In this document: positions 12,563-24,722 of the stretch, one piece after another
How the letters are laid out: each line of letters starts with the position of its first letter
Position numbering within the stretch: the stretch's first letter is position 1
Assembly: GCA_038087875.1 (NCBI GenBank)
Contig: JAXLNO010001731.1
Location: forward strand, 1 to 64,000
Length of the DNA: 64,000 nt
Reading direction: 5' to 3'
Source of the DNA: Malacoraja senta
Taxonomy: Eukaryota
Notes under the pieces: model-generated
What the model saw: the letters and a program-made list of their open reading frames with translations, nothing else
Told to the model about the DNA's origin: nothing
Database searches by the model: none
Translations under genes and position numbers: made by a program

Positions 12563-12694
12563 GGTCTGAAGCTGGGTCTTGACCCGAAACGCCACCCATT
12601 CCTTCTCTCCAGAGATGCTGCCTGTCCTGCTGAGTTTGCTCCAGTATTTCGTGTCTATCTTCGATTTAAACCAGCATCTGCAGTTCTTTCCTAC
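12563..12694 (+). mobile_element. Short Penelope-derived element with a mutated hammerhead
   Basis: CTGAAGC-TGGGTCTTGACCC-GAAACGCC followed by the family tail. 10-bp TSD TCATATTATT at 12553-12562 and 12695-12704. Confidence 0.8.
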
Positions 12695-13782
12695 TCATAT
12701 TATTTGAAGCCAGACATTGAATATTAACAATGAACAGTTAAAATTCTGAAATATCCTAAAGAAGTGTTGCTGGAATAGAAATATAGATGGCAATAACACA
12801 TAACTATTTGACTTGTACTACCTTTACAGGTTTCCCAAAAAATAAGGTGTTATTAAATTATGCTATCTCTGCATTTTCCTCCAGGTAGATTTTTTTTGTG
12901 CAAATGTTCGCTTCTTTTGATACCTCATTCCTTTCATTAATGACTGCTGACATTGTTTAGACTCTTAAATATAATATCTTGAACACCTGCTTATTCATTC
13001 TCCTCACAGAATTATCTACTTGATTAAAAATATGGCAGCGGTTCCTGACCTCCCTCACGAATCATTTTCTTAATTGAATTCAGAGTTGTTATTTCTTCAA
13101 TTTGTTGCTGTTAAATGTGCATACAGACAATATATATTATCTCTTTATGTATGTGTTGAAAAGCAGCCATTAATTTCCAATAAACATGACTGAAATGGAG
13201 AACAGAAGTTCCCAAGAAGACCTTGCCATCAAGAGTGTTCCTAGTTAAATGCAAAAGTAACCTCTAATATGTCCAGTTAACATGATTTTTTTTGTTTGAA
13301 CATGATTGGACTGAATCAATTCAGAACATCTGCTAATCCAAAATGTAACTGAAATCTGAGATTGTTAGCAATCCAGGTATGAACTGCTTTAATCTATGCC
13401 TCCCTGTATACCATGAATTGTGTCAAATATTTATCTGAGGGAATAGATCTGTTGTGTTTATTATTTGTGTCTACCTTCAAATAATAAAAGCAGACTCAGA
13501 ATAAATAAAAACTTTACTCACCTATTTCCCTGCAACAGATGTCTTCCTTTGGTTCCAATGGGCTTCCTGTACATGACACAAATTTCAGCAAACACATTAT
13601 CCAGCCTAAGACCTGCGAGGCCTGTGGTAGTTCATGCTGCCTGGTTGGACTCCAAGAAGGGCAGTGGGAAGTTTTGTGGTAAGGAGTGTATGGGGCAGAA
13701 AGTTGAACTATGGTCATCACTCCAGCATTGCCCAGTTATGGGTGTAACTGTCAGCAGATTGTGCAGTTTCAATCCATCTATA

Positions 13783-15416
13783 CAGTGGCTTGCAAAAGTT
13801 TTCATACCCCTTGAACTTTTCCACATTTTGTCACATTACAAGCACAAACGTAAATGTATTTTATTGGGATTTTATGTGATAGACCAACACAAAGTGGTGC
13901 TTAATTGTGAAGTGGAAGGAAAATGATACATGGTTTTCAAATTTTTTTACAAATAAAAAACTGAAAAGTGTCGCGTGCAAAAGTATTCAGCCCCCCTGAG
14001 TCAATACTTTGTAGAACCACCTTTCGCTGCAATTACAGCTGCAAGTCTTTTGGGGTATGTCTCTACGAGCTTTGCACATCTAGAGACTGAAATTTTTGCC
14101 CATTCATCTTTGCAAAATAGCTCAAGCTCAGTCAGATTGGATGGAGAGCGTCTGTGAACAGCAATTTTCAAGTCTTGCCAGAGATTCTCAATTGGATTTA
14201 GGTCTGGACTTTGACTGGGCCATTCTAACACATGAATATGCTTTGATCTAAACCATTCCATTGTAGCTCTGGCTGTATGTTTAGGGTCGTTGTCCTGCTG
14301 GAAGGTGAACTTCCGCCCCAGTCTCAAGTCTTTTGCAGACTCTAACAGGTTTTCTTCCAAGATTGCCCTGTATTTGGCTCCATCCATCTTCCCATCAACT
14401 CTGACCAGCTTCCCTGTCCCTGCTGAAGAAAAGCATCCCCACAGCTTGATGCTGCCACCACCATGTTTCACAGTGGGGATGGTGTGTTCAGGGTGATGTG
14501 CAGTGTTAGGTTTCCGTCACACATAGCGTTTTGCATTTAGGCCAAAAACGTCAATTTTGGTCTCATCTGACCAGAGCACCTTCCTCCACATGTTTGCTGT
14601 GTCCCCCACATGGCTTGTGGCAAACTGCAAACGGGACTTCTTATGGCTTTTTTTCAACAATGGCTTTTTTTCAACAATGGCTTTCTTCTTGCCACTCTTC
14701 CATAAAGGCCCGATTTGTGGAGTGCACGACTAATAGTTGTCCTGTGGACAGATTCTCCCACCTGAGCTGTATATCTCTGCAGCTCCTGCAGAGTTACCAT
14801 GGGCCTCTTGGCTGCTTCTCTGATCAATGCTCTCCTTGCCCGGCCTGTCAGTTTAGGTGGACTGCCATGTCTTGGTAGGTTTGCAGTTGTGCCATACTCT
14901 TTCCATTTTCGGATGATGGATTGAACAGTGCTCCGTGAGATGTTCAAAGCTTGGGATATTTTTTTATAACCTAACCCTGCTTTAAACTTCTCCACAACTT
15001 TATCCCTGACCTGTCTGGTGTGTTCCTTGGGCTTCATGATGCTGTTTGTTCACTAATGTTCTCTAACAAACCTCTGAGGCCTTCACAGAACAGCTGTATT
15101 TATACTGAGATTAGATTACACACAAGTGGACTCTATTTACTAATTAGGTGACTTCTGAAGGCAATTGGTTGCACTGGATTTTATTTAGGGGTATCAGAGT
15201 AAAGGGGGCTGAATACTTTTGCACGCGACACTTTTCAGTTTTTTATTTGTAAAAAAATTTGAAAACCATGTATCATTTTCCTTCCACTTCACAATTATGC
15301 GCCACTTTGTGTTGGTCTATCACATAAAATCCCAATAAAATACATTTACGTTTGTGGTTGTAACGTGACAAAATGTGGAAAAGTTCAATCGGTATGAATA
15401 CTTTTGCAAGCCACTG
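13783..15416 (-). mobile_element. Full-length Tc1 transposon (IR/DR type, Passport-like)
   Basis: TA TSDs at 13781-82 and 15417-18. Nearly identical ~213-bp TIRs (13783-13995 and 15204-15416) beginning CAGTGGCTTGCAAAAGT. Internal transposase gene. Confidence 0.97.
14001..15037 (-). pseudogene. Tc1 DD34E transposase with two disabling lesions
   Basis: MKPKEHTRQVRDKVVEK...WSDETK...QQDNDPKH...SPDLNPIE (34-residue D-E spacing)...KGGSTKY*. A 17-bp tandem duplication at 14644-14677 shifts the frame and there is an in-frame TGA at 14517-14519. The repaired ORF is 339 aa. Confidence 0.95.
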
Positions 15417-15465
15417 TACAAGATGGATAACCGCTAGTCAATACCCTCTGATCTAGGGAAACAAG

Positions 15466-15605
15466 GGAACTGCAGATGCTGGTTTACAAAGTAGGTCTCT
15501 GGAGAACATCAGTTTGAAGAAGGGTCCCAACCCAAGCATCACCTATCGATGTTCTCCAGAGGTGCTGCCTGACCTGCTGAGTTATTCTACTCCATTGTGT
15601 CTTTT
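15466..15605. mobile_element. Degenerate fold-back Penelope-derived element
   Basis: Minus-oriented tail GGAACTGCAGATGCTGG followed by plus-oriented TTGAAGAAGGGTCCCAACCC...TGCTGCCTGACCTGCTGAGTT. Inverted pair CTCTGGAGAACATC / GATGTTCTCCAGAG. Confidence 0.6.
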
Positions 15606-16080
15606 TTTCCTCTAATCTCTCATTTGTACTTTTGCTGTATAGTTTAGCCTGACACTTGGAATTTGTTTTCACTATTTCTGGCTGTAATCAGTTGACAGTA
15701 ATTTGAAGCAAGCTTACAGTTTGATGTCAGTTTTTTTCCCTCGAAGTGCATTCCAGTATTTATTCTTAAAATTAATAATAATTACTGAATACTTCTCCCA
15801 TCATTGGTAACAGTGACAATTTTGATTTAATTCTGATTTATTTGAATGCAGTTTTGATTGCTCAGGTTGTATATTTTGTGGTCAGTTGATATTATTTACA
15901 GGATACTATCAAAGATATTTAGTATTAGAACTTTTAGAATAGTAACAGGAACCACTCATAACAAAGATTATTGAAGCAGCAGAATGGCTATAAAGCGCCT
16001 TTTGATGAATTCTGAAATTTTATAATGAGCAAAGTGAGTTCAGTAATGTCTGCAGTGATTTGGATGCTTAATGCTTTAAA

Positions 16081-16271
16081 ACAATAGACAATAGACAATG
16101 GATACTTTCAAGAGAGAGCTAGATAGGGCTCTTGAAGATAGCAGAGTCAGGGGATATGGGGAGAAGGCAGGAACGGGGTACTGATTGTGGATGATCAGCC
16201 ATGATCACATTGAATGGCGGTGCTGGCTTGAAGGGCCGAATGGCCTACTCCTGCACCTATTATCTATTGTC
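16081..16271 (+). mobile_element. CR1 LINE 3' end with an inverted copy of its tail at the 5' side
   Basis: TTCAAGAGAGAGCTAGATAGG...GATCAGCCATGATC...GGCCGAATGGCCTACTCCTGC plus TCTATTG tail. Preceded by (CAATAGA)n, the reverse complement of that tail. Confidence 0.75.
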
Positions 16272-16594
16272 TTTAAGACTTGTTAGTTTCCTGTGGATAA
16301 TATACCATGGGGATGTGGATCTAATCTCTCATTTGATCTTGATGATCGGGATACTTTAAAATATCAATCACACAATTTTTTTAAACTCATGGAATATTTA
16401 AAAAAATTCTAAACAGCTACTGTGCACTTGACAAAAAATGGAGCCTGCTAATTTGGAACATTGCTCAATATTCAGAATGTATATATTTTTTTCAAAAATG
16501 GAACCATGCTTTAAAAGCATCTTCCTGAATTAAATATGCTCCGTCTTTTCCTGTATGGCCTTTACTTCTGAAATTCCTCTACTGTACATTGATA

Positions 16595-16638
16595 GACAAA
16601 ACAGAAGAAATGGAGAAAGCTGATCTGGAAACAGTTAA
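16595..16638 (+). CDS. Candidate 44-nt exon of an unidentified host gene (…KTEEMEKADLETVK)
   Basis: Pyrimidine-rich acceptor ...TTCCTCTACTGTACATTGATAG, purine-rich open body and strong donor AAG|GTAAGA, in repeat-free sequence. Peptide not recognised. Confidence 0.35.
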
Positions 16639-16720
16639 GGTAAGATGATAATTTTACCCAGCGCAATGAGTCATTATGATTAGCATTCTAGATCCTGAAA
16701 TGATGAGGTTAGCTAACTAT

Positions 16721-16985
16721 TAGAGTTTAGAGATGGAAACAGGCCCTTCGGCCCACCTAGTCCACGACGACCATCGATCCTACACACTCCTACACAATAG
16801 AGACAATTTATAGAAGCTGATTAACCCACAAACCTGCAGGTCTTAGGAATGTGGGAGGACAACCGGAGAAAACTTACGCAGTCACAGGGTGAACATACAA
16901 ACTCTGACAGCACCCGTAGTCAGATTTGAACCTGGGTCTCTTACGCTGGAGGCAGCAGCTCTACCGTTGCGCTATTGGGCTGCCC
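16721..16985 (-). mobile_element. HE1/V-SINE-type SINE
   Basis: Same head, body and tail as the 26557-26856 copy. Minus-strand AGCGCAACGGTAGAG and GGTTCAAATC boxes. Confidence 0.8.
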
Positions 16986-17054
16986 TTTTGTCAGAGGGTA
17001 GAGAGTGAGGAAAGCATAATTTTCAAAATAGTGTCAGCTTTGAATGTATTGACA

Positions 17055-17395
17055 ACATTCGGACCTTTAAGTCCCACTCCACGAGAGAGTGGAAAAACAG
17101 TTTTGCCTTATTGAAGGTGTTGTCGTTCATTTGAGACATTAAACTGAGGCTCAATTTACCCTTTGCGGAAAACCCTTTGGTAATATGAAGAATATCAAGG
17201 AGATAATCTATTGTTGCACTGATATTTATCCCTTACTATGGGAGGTTATCATGTCATTCTCTCATTGCTGTTTATTTGAATTTGCTGTGTGGAAATAGAC
17301 TACATTTGTTTAAGTACAACAGTAATTAAACTTCAGAAATATCTGTTGGTGACAAAAGGCTATTTGTGCTGCTAAATAACTAAGATTCTTTCTCC
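17055..17395 (+). mobile_element. Old Deu-domain-like SINE (SacSINE/AmnSINE-type) remnant
   Basis: Blocks TGAGACATTAAACTGAGGC, GATATTTATCCCT and CATTGCTGTTT..TTGCTGTGTG..TACAACAGTAATTAAACTTCA match the Deu-SINE layout as recalled. Diverged. Confidence 0.5.
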
Positions 17396-17425
17396 CTTTC
17401 TATCACAAATATTTTAACTTTCGAC

Positions 17426-17510
17426 TATCAGCCATGATCACATTGAATGGCGGTGCTGGCTCGAAGGGCCGAATGGTCTACTCCTGTACTTATTGTCTAT
17501 TGTCTATGTA
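17426..17510 (+). mobile_element. CR1 3' tail fragment
   Basis: Near-identical to 16194-16271. The following Tc1 inserted at the TA in its tail. Confidence 0.75.
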
Positions 17511-19123
17511 CAGTACCCTCCATAATGTTTGGGACAAATACCCATCATTTATTTATTTGCCTCTGTACTCCACAATTTGAGATTTGTAATAGAAAAAAAC
17601 CCACATGTGGTTAAAGTGCACATTGTCAGATTTTATTAAAGGGTATTTTTATATATTTTGCTTTCACCATGTAGAAATTACAGCTGTGTTTATACATAGC
17701 CCCCCCCCCCCCCCCCCACCCCCCATTTCAGGGCACCATAACATTTGGGACACATGGCTTCACAGGCGTTTTGTAATTGCTCAGGTGTGTTTAATTGCCT
17801 CCTTAATGCAGGCATAAGAGAGCTCTCAGCACCTAGTCTTTCCTCCAGTCTTTCCATCACCTTTGGAAACTTTTATTGCTGTTCATCAACATGAGGACCA
17901 AAGTTGTGCCAATGAAAGTCAAAGAAGCCATTATGAGACTGTGAAATAAGAATAAAACTGTTAGAGACATCAGCCAAACCTTAGGCTTACCAAAATCAAC
18001 TGTTTGGAACATTATTAAGAAGAAAGAGAGTACTGGTGATCTTACTAATCGCAAAGGGACTGGCAGGCCAAGGAAGACCTCCACAGCTAATGACAAAAGA
18101 ATTCTCACTATAATAAAGAAAAACCCACAAACATCTGTCTCACAGATCAGAAACACTCTTCAGGAGTCAGGTGTGGATTTGTCAATGACCACTGTCCACA
18201 GAAGACTTCATGAACAGAAATTGTAAACCACTGGTTAGGCGCAAAAATAGGATGGCCGGGTTACAGTTTGCCAAGAAGTACTTAAAAGAGCAACTGCAGC
18301 TCTGGAAAAAGGTCTTGTGGACAGGTGAGACGAAGATTAACTTATATCAGAGTGATGGCAAGAGCAAAGTATGGAGGAGAGAAGGAACTGTGCAAGATCC
18401 AAAGCATACCACCTCATCTGTGAAACACAGTGGTGGGGGTGTTATGGCCTGGGCATGTATGGCTGCTGATGGTATTGGCTCACTTATAGTCATAGATGAT
18501 ACAACTGTTGATGGTAGTGGCATAATGAATTCTGAAGTGCGTAGACACATCCTATCTGCTCAAGTTCAAACAAATGCCTCAAAACTGAACGGCGGTTCAT
18601 TCTACAACAAGACAATGATCCCAAACATACTGCTTAAGCAACAAAGGAGTTTTTCAAAGCTAAAAAATGGTAAATTCTTGAGTGGCCAAGTCAATCACCC
18701 GGTCCGAACCCAATTGAGCATGCCTTTTATATGCTGAAGAGAAAACTGAAGGGGACTAGTCCCCAAAACAAGCATAAGCTAAAGATGGCTGCAATACAGG
18801 CCTGGCAGAGCATCACCAAAGACACCCAGCAACTGGTGATGCCCATAAATCACAGATTTCAAGCAGTCATTGCATGCAAAGGATATGCAACAAAATACTA
18901 AACATGACTACTTTCATTTACATGACATTGCTGTGTCCCAAACATTATGGTGCCTTGATATTGTGGGACTATGTATAAACACTGCTGCAATTTCCACATG
19001 GTGAAACCAAAATGTATAAAAATGTCCTTTATTAAAATCTGACAATGTGCACTTCAAATTGTGGAGTCCAGAGGCAAATAAATAAATGATGGGTCTTTGT
19101 CCCAAACATTATGGAGGGCGCAG
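17511..19123 (+). mobile_element. Full-length but decayed Tc1 transposon (second family)
   Basis: TA flanks at 17509-10 and 19124-25. Long imperfect TIRs CAGTACCCTCCATAATGTTTGGGACAAA… / …GTCCCAAACATTATGGAGGG with inner direct repeats. Confidence 0.93.
17891..18901 (+). pseudogene. Tc1 DD34E transposase pseudogene
   Basis: MRTKVVPMKVKEAIMRL*...GRPRKT...WKKVLWTGETK (first D mutated)...QQDNDPKH...NPIE...KGYATKY*. Several stops and frameshifts. Confidence 0.9.
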
Positions 19124-19431
19124 TAAAACATGCTATCACAATAAATACTTAACTTCAATTTATCTTGGTTATGAGTTACAGAAATTAAGATTTTTAATTA
19201 TTTTCAAGCCTGATACAATTTCCAGATCATTAACCTACTGGTTAATTGGTACAGATTTACCTGTAAATTAGAATAGAATGTACAATCTCCAAGAGTATTA
19301 TAGATTTGGACAACAAATCTTTACTGGTGCAATAGTGAGGGTCTGCTTTGCCAAAGGTGACGTAAATAAAATGTCCGACTTAGTGAAACTATGAGAAGAA
19401 AACGGAATAATTCACCTATTAACTGGCTAAT

Positions 19432-19832
19432 CCACCGGACAGACGGCATTGCTTGCATTACTGACACCAGAGTCTCAAAACAGACGCACTCTATTCTGAG
19501 CTATATTCCTGGAAGAGATTAACAGGCAGAGAGATAGCATCAAGGATGTTCTCAAAGCATCTCTTTAAAAATGCAACATCCTCACTGACTCCTATAAATA
19601 TTTGGCCCATGACTGCACAAAGCCACAAAGGAGCTTTAGGAGAGCATGGGAGTTCACACACCCTGTGCCAGTGACAAAAGGAGCACCCCACCTACCCACT
19701 TACCTACAGCTCCTGCCTTACCTGAGGAAGAGTCTGCAGGTCTCATATTGGCCTTAACAGTCACCTCACAACCTACAGAACAGAGGAGAAACAACTCGTC
19801 TTTGATTCCAAGAGACTGCCTAAGGAAGAGAG
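19432..19832 (+). mobile_element. RTE LINE 3' fragment inside an older SINE remnant
   Basis: Remnants LYSEL, KDVLKASL..CNI and terminal C..C.RVCRSHIGLNSHL. Flanks 19330-19430 and 19870-20020 look like two halves of a Deu-type SINE ending ATATAAATGCAAGTTCTTT. Confidence 0.6.
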
Positions 19833-20914
19833 CTGAACCAATATTACCATTTACTGATAATTTCTGATAATATGATATTACTGATAATATAATCATTCAT
19901 TCCTTTTTATGGAAACATTCATGCTGCAATACTTATCACTTTAAAATGTAATTGGTTTTATAATACTTTGGGGCAGATCTAATATGCAATAAGAATTTAT
20001 ATAAATGCAAGTTCTTTATTTCTTCCAGTGCAGCAGGCAGCATTTAATTGTAGACTGATGTTGATCTCACTGGAATATTTCCCTGTGCATTGTAAATCAA
20101 ACAGGTAATGATGGAAGGACTGATTGATAGCACCAGTAATAGCTATCCATTACACTGAGGTATGATTCAGAGTTTGAGCTCCACTCACTGCAAAGAAACT
20201 TTAACCCTCAGCCAAATGGAATCAGCTGAACAGTGAAAGTGCAGGGCTCCAGCATTATTGCAGCTTAAGTTGGATCCAGTGGAGGTGCCCATTTGCCATC
20301 AGATATATGTTTTTTTCCCCAGCACAACGTATAGTTTAAGTAAAAAATATAGAGCTATCTATTTCATTCGCACATGTCACTACCTTTCCTGTCGTTCTGA
20401 GAATGTGATGTTGAATTTCGTTCTTCAAAAGAGGCAGTTAATGAGGCATAGTAAGAACAGAAAATTCTACAAAACTCCACCATCATTTCAAAAGAGGAAA
20501 GACATTTACAGATGACAGCTCAATATTTTAGGATTAGAGCTTAGTTTCATTAGCCTAGAACTTGGAATGTAAACCTCTTCATGGAACTGTTACTCGCCAG
20601 GCAATTTTAAGATCGGTGGAAGCATCGGATGAGTTCAACTTAATGAAGCTTTTTGCAACTTGGCATGAAAATCTTGATATGTGGATAGGAGATATTCTCA
20701 TAGGCTACTGTATTGAGATCACATAGTCGTTTCTGAAACTTTAAGCTTTGCCGCTATTTGTTTCACCCAACCATATGTGCCGATTTAACCAACAGTCCAT
20801 GATTCTCAGGTTTTCAGTACAGAGTGTTTCTTGCCAGTGTTTACAGTCGAACAGCTTGGCATTGTTAGTTTATACCTATTTGTTTTTGTGCCCATTGATG
20901 CATATTTATGAACC

Positions 20915-21560
20915 ATAATCATAGAGTCATATGGGACAGAAACAGGCCCTGCCGCCTACTATGGACATGCCAACCTTTAAATACTTATCTAAACTTATAC
21001 CATGTACTTACATTTGGTCCATAATACTCTGTGTTGGTGATTCAAGAGCTCGTCTATATACTTCATAAGCGTTGCCTCCACCGCCAACTCAGCAGTGCAT
21101 TCCAAATTTCTCAGATCTCCTATAAATACCTCCTACCCTAAGCCTATGTTCTCTACTTGTGGAGACACAAGAAACTGTTGATGTTGGAATCTTGAGCAAA
21201 ATGCTAAGAACTGAAGGAACTCAGCAGGTCAGAAGTACTGTATCTTTGTGCAAATCTACAGATGATATTTCAGATGGAGACTTTACTTCAGACTGAATGC
21301 AGTAGGAGGGGGACAGCTGGAAAAAAGAGGTGGGGGCAGGACAAAATGTTTAAGGGAACATCCTGTTGAATTTGGTCTACGGCCTTTCCAATTCATTCAC
21401 GTCCTTCAGTGCTGTGACCAGAATTATAAACTATACTCCACCTGTGGCTTAACATGGTTTTTTAATAAAGTTATATCATAATCTTCCTCTTGTATTTGTC
21501 CAGGCTCATGAAGGCAGTTATCTATAGTTTCTTCAATACCTTGAACAACTCTTCATTTAG
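20915..21560 (-). mobile_element. Old CR1 3' fragment containing a degenerate Penelope-derived insert (~21161-21345)
   Basis: CATAGAGTCAT..GAAACAGGCCC is the CR1 tail in reverse. The insert shows GGAACTCAGCAGGTCAG and CTTCAGACTGA of the PLE family. Confidence 0.5.
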
Positions 21561-22043
21561 TTCCTGAAGGATGCTTAAACATATTCATGATGCATTCATC
21601 CCAATTCATACTCGGCTCTTTCAGTCAATCTCTTCCTAACATAATTAGACAATTATCATATTCACCAACTGTAATTTTCCATTTTGCATATTTTAGAATG
21701 TATGAATTTATAAATGAATGTATAAATTGAAAACTGCCATACCTTCTGGTAACCAAGAAGATTCTTATTTCATGGCTTCAGGTGATTGTAGTTATTTCAT
21801 TTCCCTTGGGGAATGGTGAAGGTTCCAAACCAGTAAAAGCATTGTGTTTGACATTAGTTAGCTCCTGGATTACCTGGTTACTTTTATCAAATCAGTCCTT
21901 GAGGGGATCTTGCCAGTGAAAACTCAAGGCAGCATAAATATATCACCAGTGCTTTCTTTGCAAATCCTCCAAATTCACTGAAAGGGAATCACAAAAATGC
22001 TCCATATCAACACCCTAACAACTGAGGTCATAAGTACATTGTC

Positions 22044-22128
22044 AAAGATAGACACAAAATACTGGAGCAACTCAGCGGGTCAGGCAGAAGGAATGGTGAT
22101 GTTTCGGGTCGAGACCCTTCTTCAGACA
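22044..22128 (-). mobile_element. Short Penelope-derived element with near-intact hammerhead core
   Basis: Reverse complement GTCTGAAGAAGGGTCTCGACCCGAAACATCACC followed by an internally deleted family tail. Confidence 0.75.
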
Positions 22129-22884
22129 GCTGTGTTGTGTCATGCAAATAGCCCTGCATAAAATCCAAAAGGAATGCACTACCTCGCAAGCTACTAACCT
22201 GCCAGTGTCATCAAGTACTTTCTGCTTCAGCTACAGAAGTGTCTGAATGATTGGCCTCATCTGTCTCTTCAAAACCCTCAGTACTTGAGTGGATGCAAGT
22301 TAACTTCATTTGCGCCCAAGGGGAAACAGAAGATTACCTTAGCAATTACTAGGGTTGACTTATTGTCCATATTCTTTTCCCTTTTGTTCTGCTCAAGTTT
22401 GCATCTCATGATTGATTTTTTTGCTGTCCTCATTGCAGGTGTAAATTATGCATGCTCAGTTGTCTCTGTTCAAAGGATGTCATTAAGTGCAGTCTTAGGC
22501 ATGTAGGATTTGAAAAGCACAAACAAATTGTATAGTGTTTATTCAGGAATTCTTTAGAAGTTTTTGGAACTTTCTATGAAACTTCTCTAACACAAAGAGT
22601 AGTTAGTCATGTGACACAATACTTAAAGCAATGAGACCACTAAAATAACCATCATTGTTCATAATTAATATGCTGCAATGTTCACACTTCAGTGCTTGTA
22701 ATGAGGGATCATTGAAGGTATCTTTCTGGTGGATCCGTATACCATCTGCTCTCTGGATAGATAATACCTGGTTATATTTATAGTTATTATTGAGCTGCTA
22801 CTAATTAAATAGCAGTATCTGATTAGCACCCACTCTGTTTGGCATCTTCCTATCTGTCCTGTCGTTTGGCTTCTTAACAGACAA

Positions 22885-23930
22885 GTAAGGAGTGTTTCTT
22901 CATACTAGAAGCAACCGGAAGCTCTTTAGTCTAGCACGGTTGAAAGCCAAGATGAAGGTAAGATCTGTGTTTATCCTGTACACTGATGATGCTGCGCTCA
23001 TTGCCAAGGACTTCAGGGGCTGCTGGACAGACTGTCTCCTGATTGTAATGAATACCAACTAACAATCAGCATTAAGAAGACTGTTGTTATGGGTCAGGAC
23101 ACCCCTCACATCCCTGAAATCACCCTAAATACCACTACATGAGATCTATGATGACTGATAGGCTCTCTGAATGAGGAAGTCAAATCATGCACAGGAAAGG
23201 CAGCAACCACCCACAGGAGGCTAACCAACGGGCATGGAAGACCAGGAAACTCGCTATCAAGACCAAGATAACTTTACAATGCATGCATCTTGAGCTCGTT
23301 ACTGCACAGCAGTGAAGCTTGGATGTCTTACCTGCATCAAGAATGGAAACTGAATACATTTCATTTCCGCTGTTGTCTTCGCATCCTGGGAGTTGCTTGG
23401 CAGGATAAAATCACCTATGAATCTGTCGTCTTCCTGACCAACATGCCTAGCATCCCTGCGATCCTCAAGCGGAAGTGTCTCCGCTGGCTTGGACATGTAC
23501 ACAGGATGGAAAATGGATGCATCCCCAAAGATGTGCTCTTCAGGGAGGTCGGTAATGCACGGAAGCCGAGGAAGGCCAAAGTTCTGTTACAAGGATAATA
23601 TGAAAGATTTTTGCATTGGCACTGACAACTGGGAACAGGCTGTTGAGGAGCAGAAGGAGGTTGAGAAAGGACCTCCTGATGGGTATGATGCACCAAAACA
23701 GCAAATGGCTCAAGACCCTGGAGGCCAGGCACCAACGCCACAAAACCAGGCACCAACAGCCACACACTTCTCCATCCAACGGCCACGCACAACTTCACCT
23801 GTGGGAGAGTCTGCTTATTAAGGATGGGCCTAGTCAGCCACAGCAGGACATGTAACCAGAGGAAACATTCTCTTTTCCAAACAGGACAACATCAAAACAT
23901 CATCTCTTGCAGATGGACTGATGCTAACTA
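22885..23930 (+). mobile_element. RTE-clade LINE 3' half (decayed)
   Basis: Peptides RSNRKLFSLARLKAKMKV, LYTDDAAL, LTISIKKTVVM and LSSLLHSSEAW..KLNTFHFRCCLRILGVAWQDKI..LRWLGHVHRMENGCIPKDVL. Confidence 0.85.
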
Positions 23931-24274
23931 TCTGATCGATTTTCTCAAGGAGTCAGGCTGTGCATAAATTTACCATCACAATTTTCTACAATACAGTAAT
24001 GAGTTTTATTTCAAAAACAAACTTTATACAAAATGCTTATAAGAAATAAAAATAAAGTACATGGCTTTACATTCATAATGTTGTCCAGTCTACACATTCA
24101 TAGTATCATCATCATCAGCTTCCAAAAGCACCTGATGTTTGCCTTGACATGCATCCTGACGAAATGTCCAAAGATCAGAGTCCTCTGGTATGCAGATGTC
24201 CAGGATGAACCTTGACAAGGATCCTTGCATGCTTTTCCAGATCTTTTTTGTAAATACACAGTTTACAAAAAGGC

Positions 24275-24722
24275 GCTGACTTTAACATCGTTTAGCGGGG
24301 CGATCCCTTGCCGAGGATCGCCAGTGTTGGAGCTCCGTCCAGCTCAGCCTGTGGACTTCGTAAGCCGTGGTTTCCGGTAGGAAGCGTCCCGATTCGGAAA
24401 CTCCAAGCACAGTGTGTGTGTTCCGATCCATTCTGACGCCGGAGTTTCGATCATCCCGGCAAGAGGGCCTGTACATCGGCCCGTCCGTAACGGCAACTGC
24501 GGAGGGTTCAAAGGCCCCGACCACGGGTGAACAAAGAGGAAGATGACTGAACTTTATTGCCTTCCATCACAGTGAGAAATGTTGATTCCGCTGAGGTGGA
24601 TGTTTATGTTAAACTCTATTGCGTATTGTGTTCTTTTTACTCAAATGGCTGTATGGTAACTCAAATTTCACTGTACCAATTGGGGCATGTGACAATAAAT
24701 GTGAGCTTGAACTTGAACTTGA
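24275..24722 (+). mobile_element. GC-rich non-coding retroposon with a Rex1-like tail (family of 674-1358)
   Basis: GACTTTAACATCG...CTTTATTGCCTTCCATCACAGTGAG...TTTCACTGTAC...CATGTGACAATAAA with a (CTTGAA)n tail. Confidence 0.7.

Noticed and set aside
13515-13570. Minus-strand 45-nt candidate exon ending ATAG|GTGAGT
   Set aside because: Weak acceptor, unrecognised peptide and no partner exons; consistent with chance.
22900-22965. Strong donor AAG|GTAAGA after an open frame
   Set aside because: The sequence is RTE LINE coding remnant (RSNRKLFSLARLKAKMKV), not a host exon.
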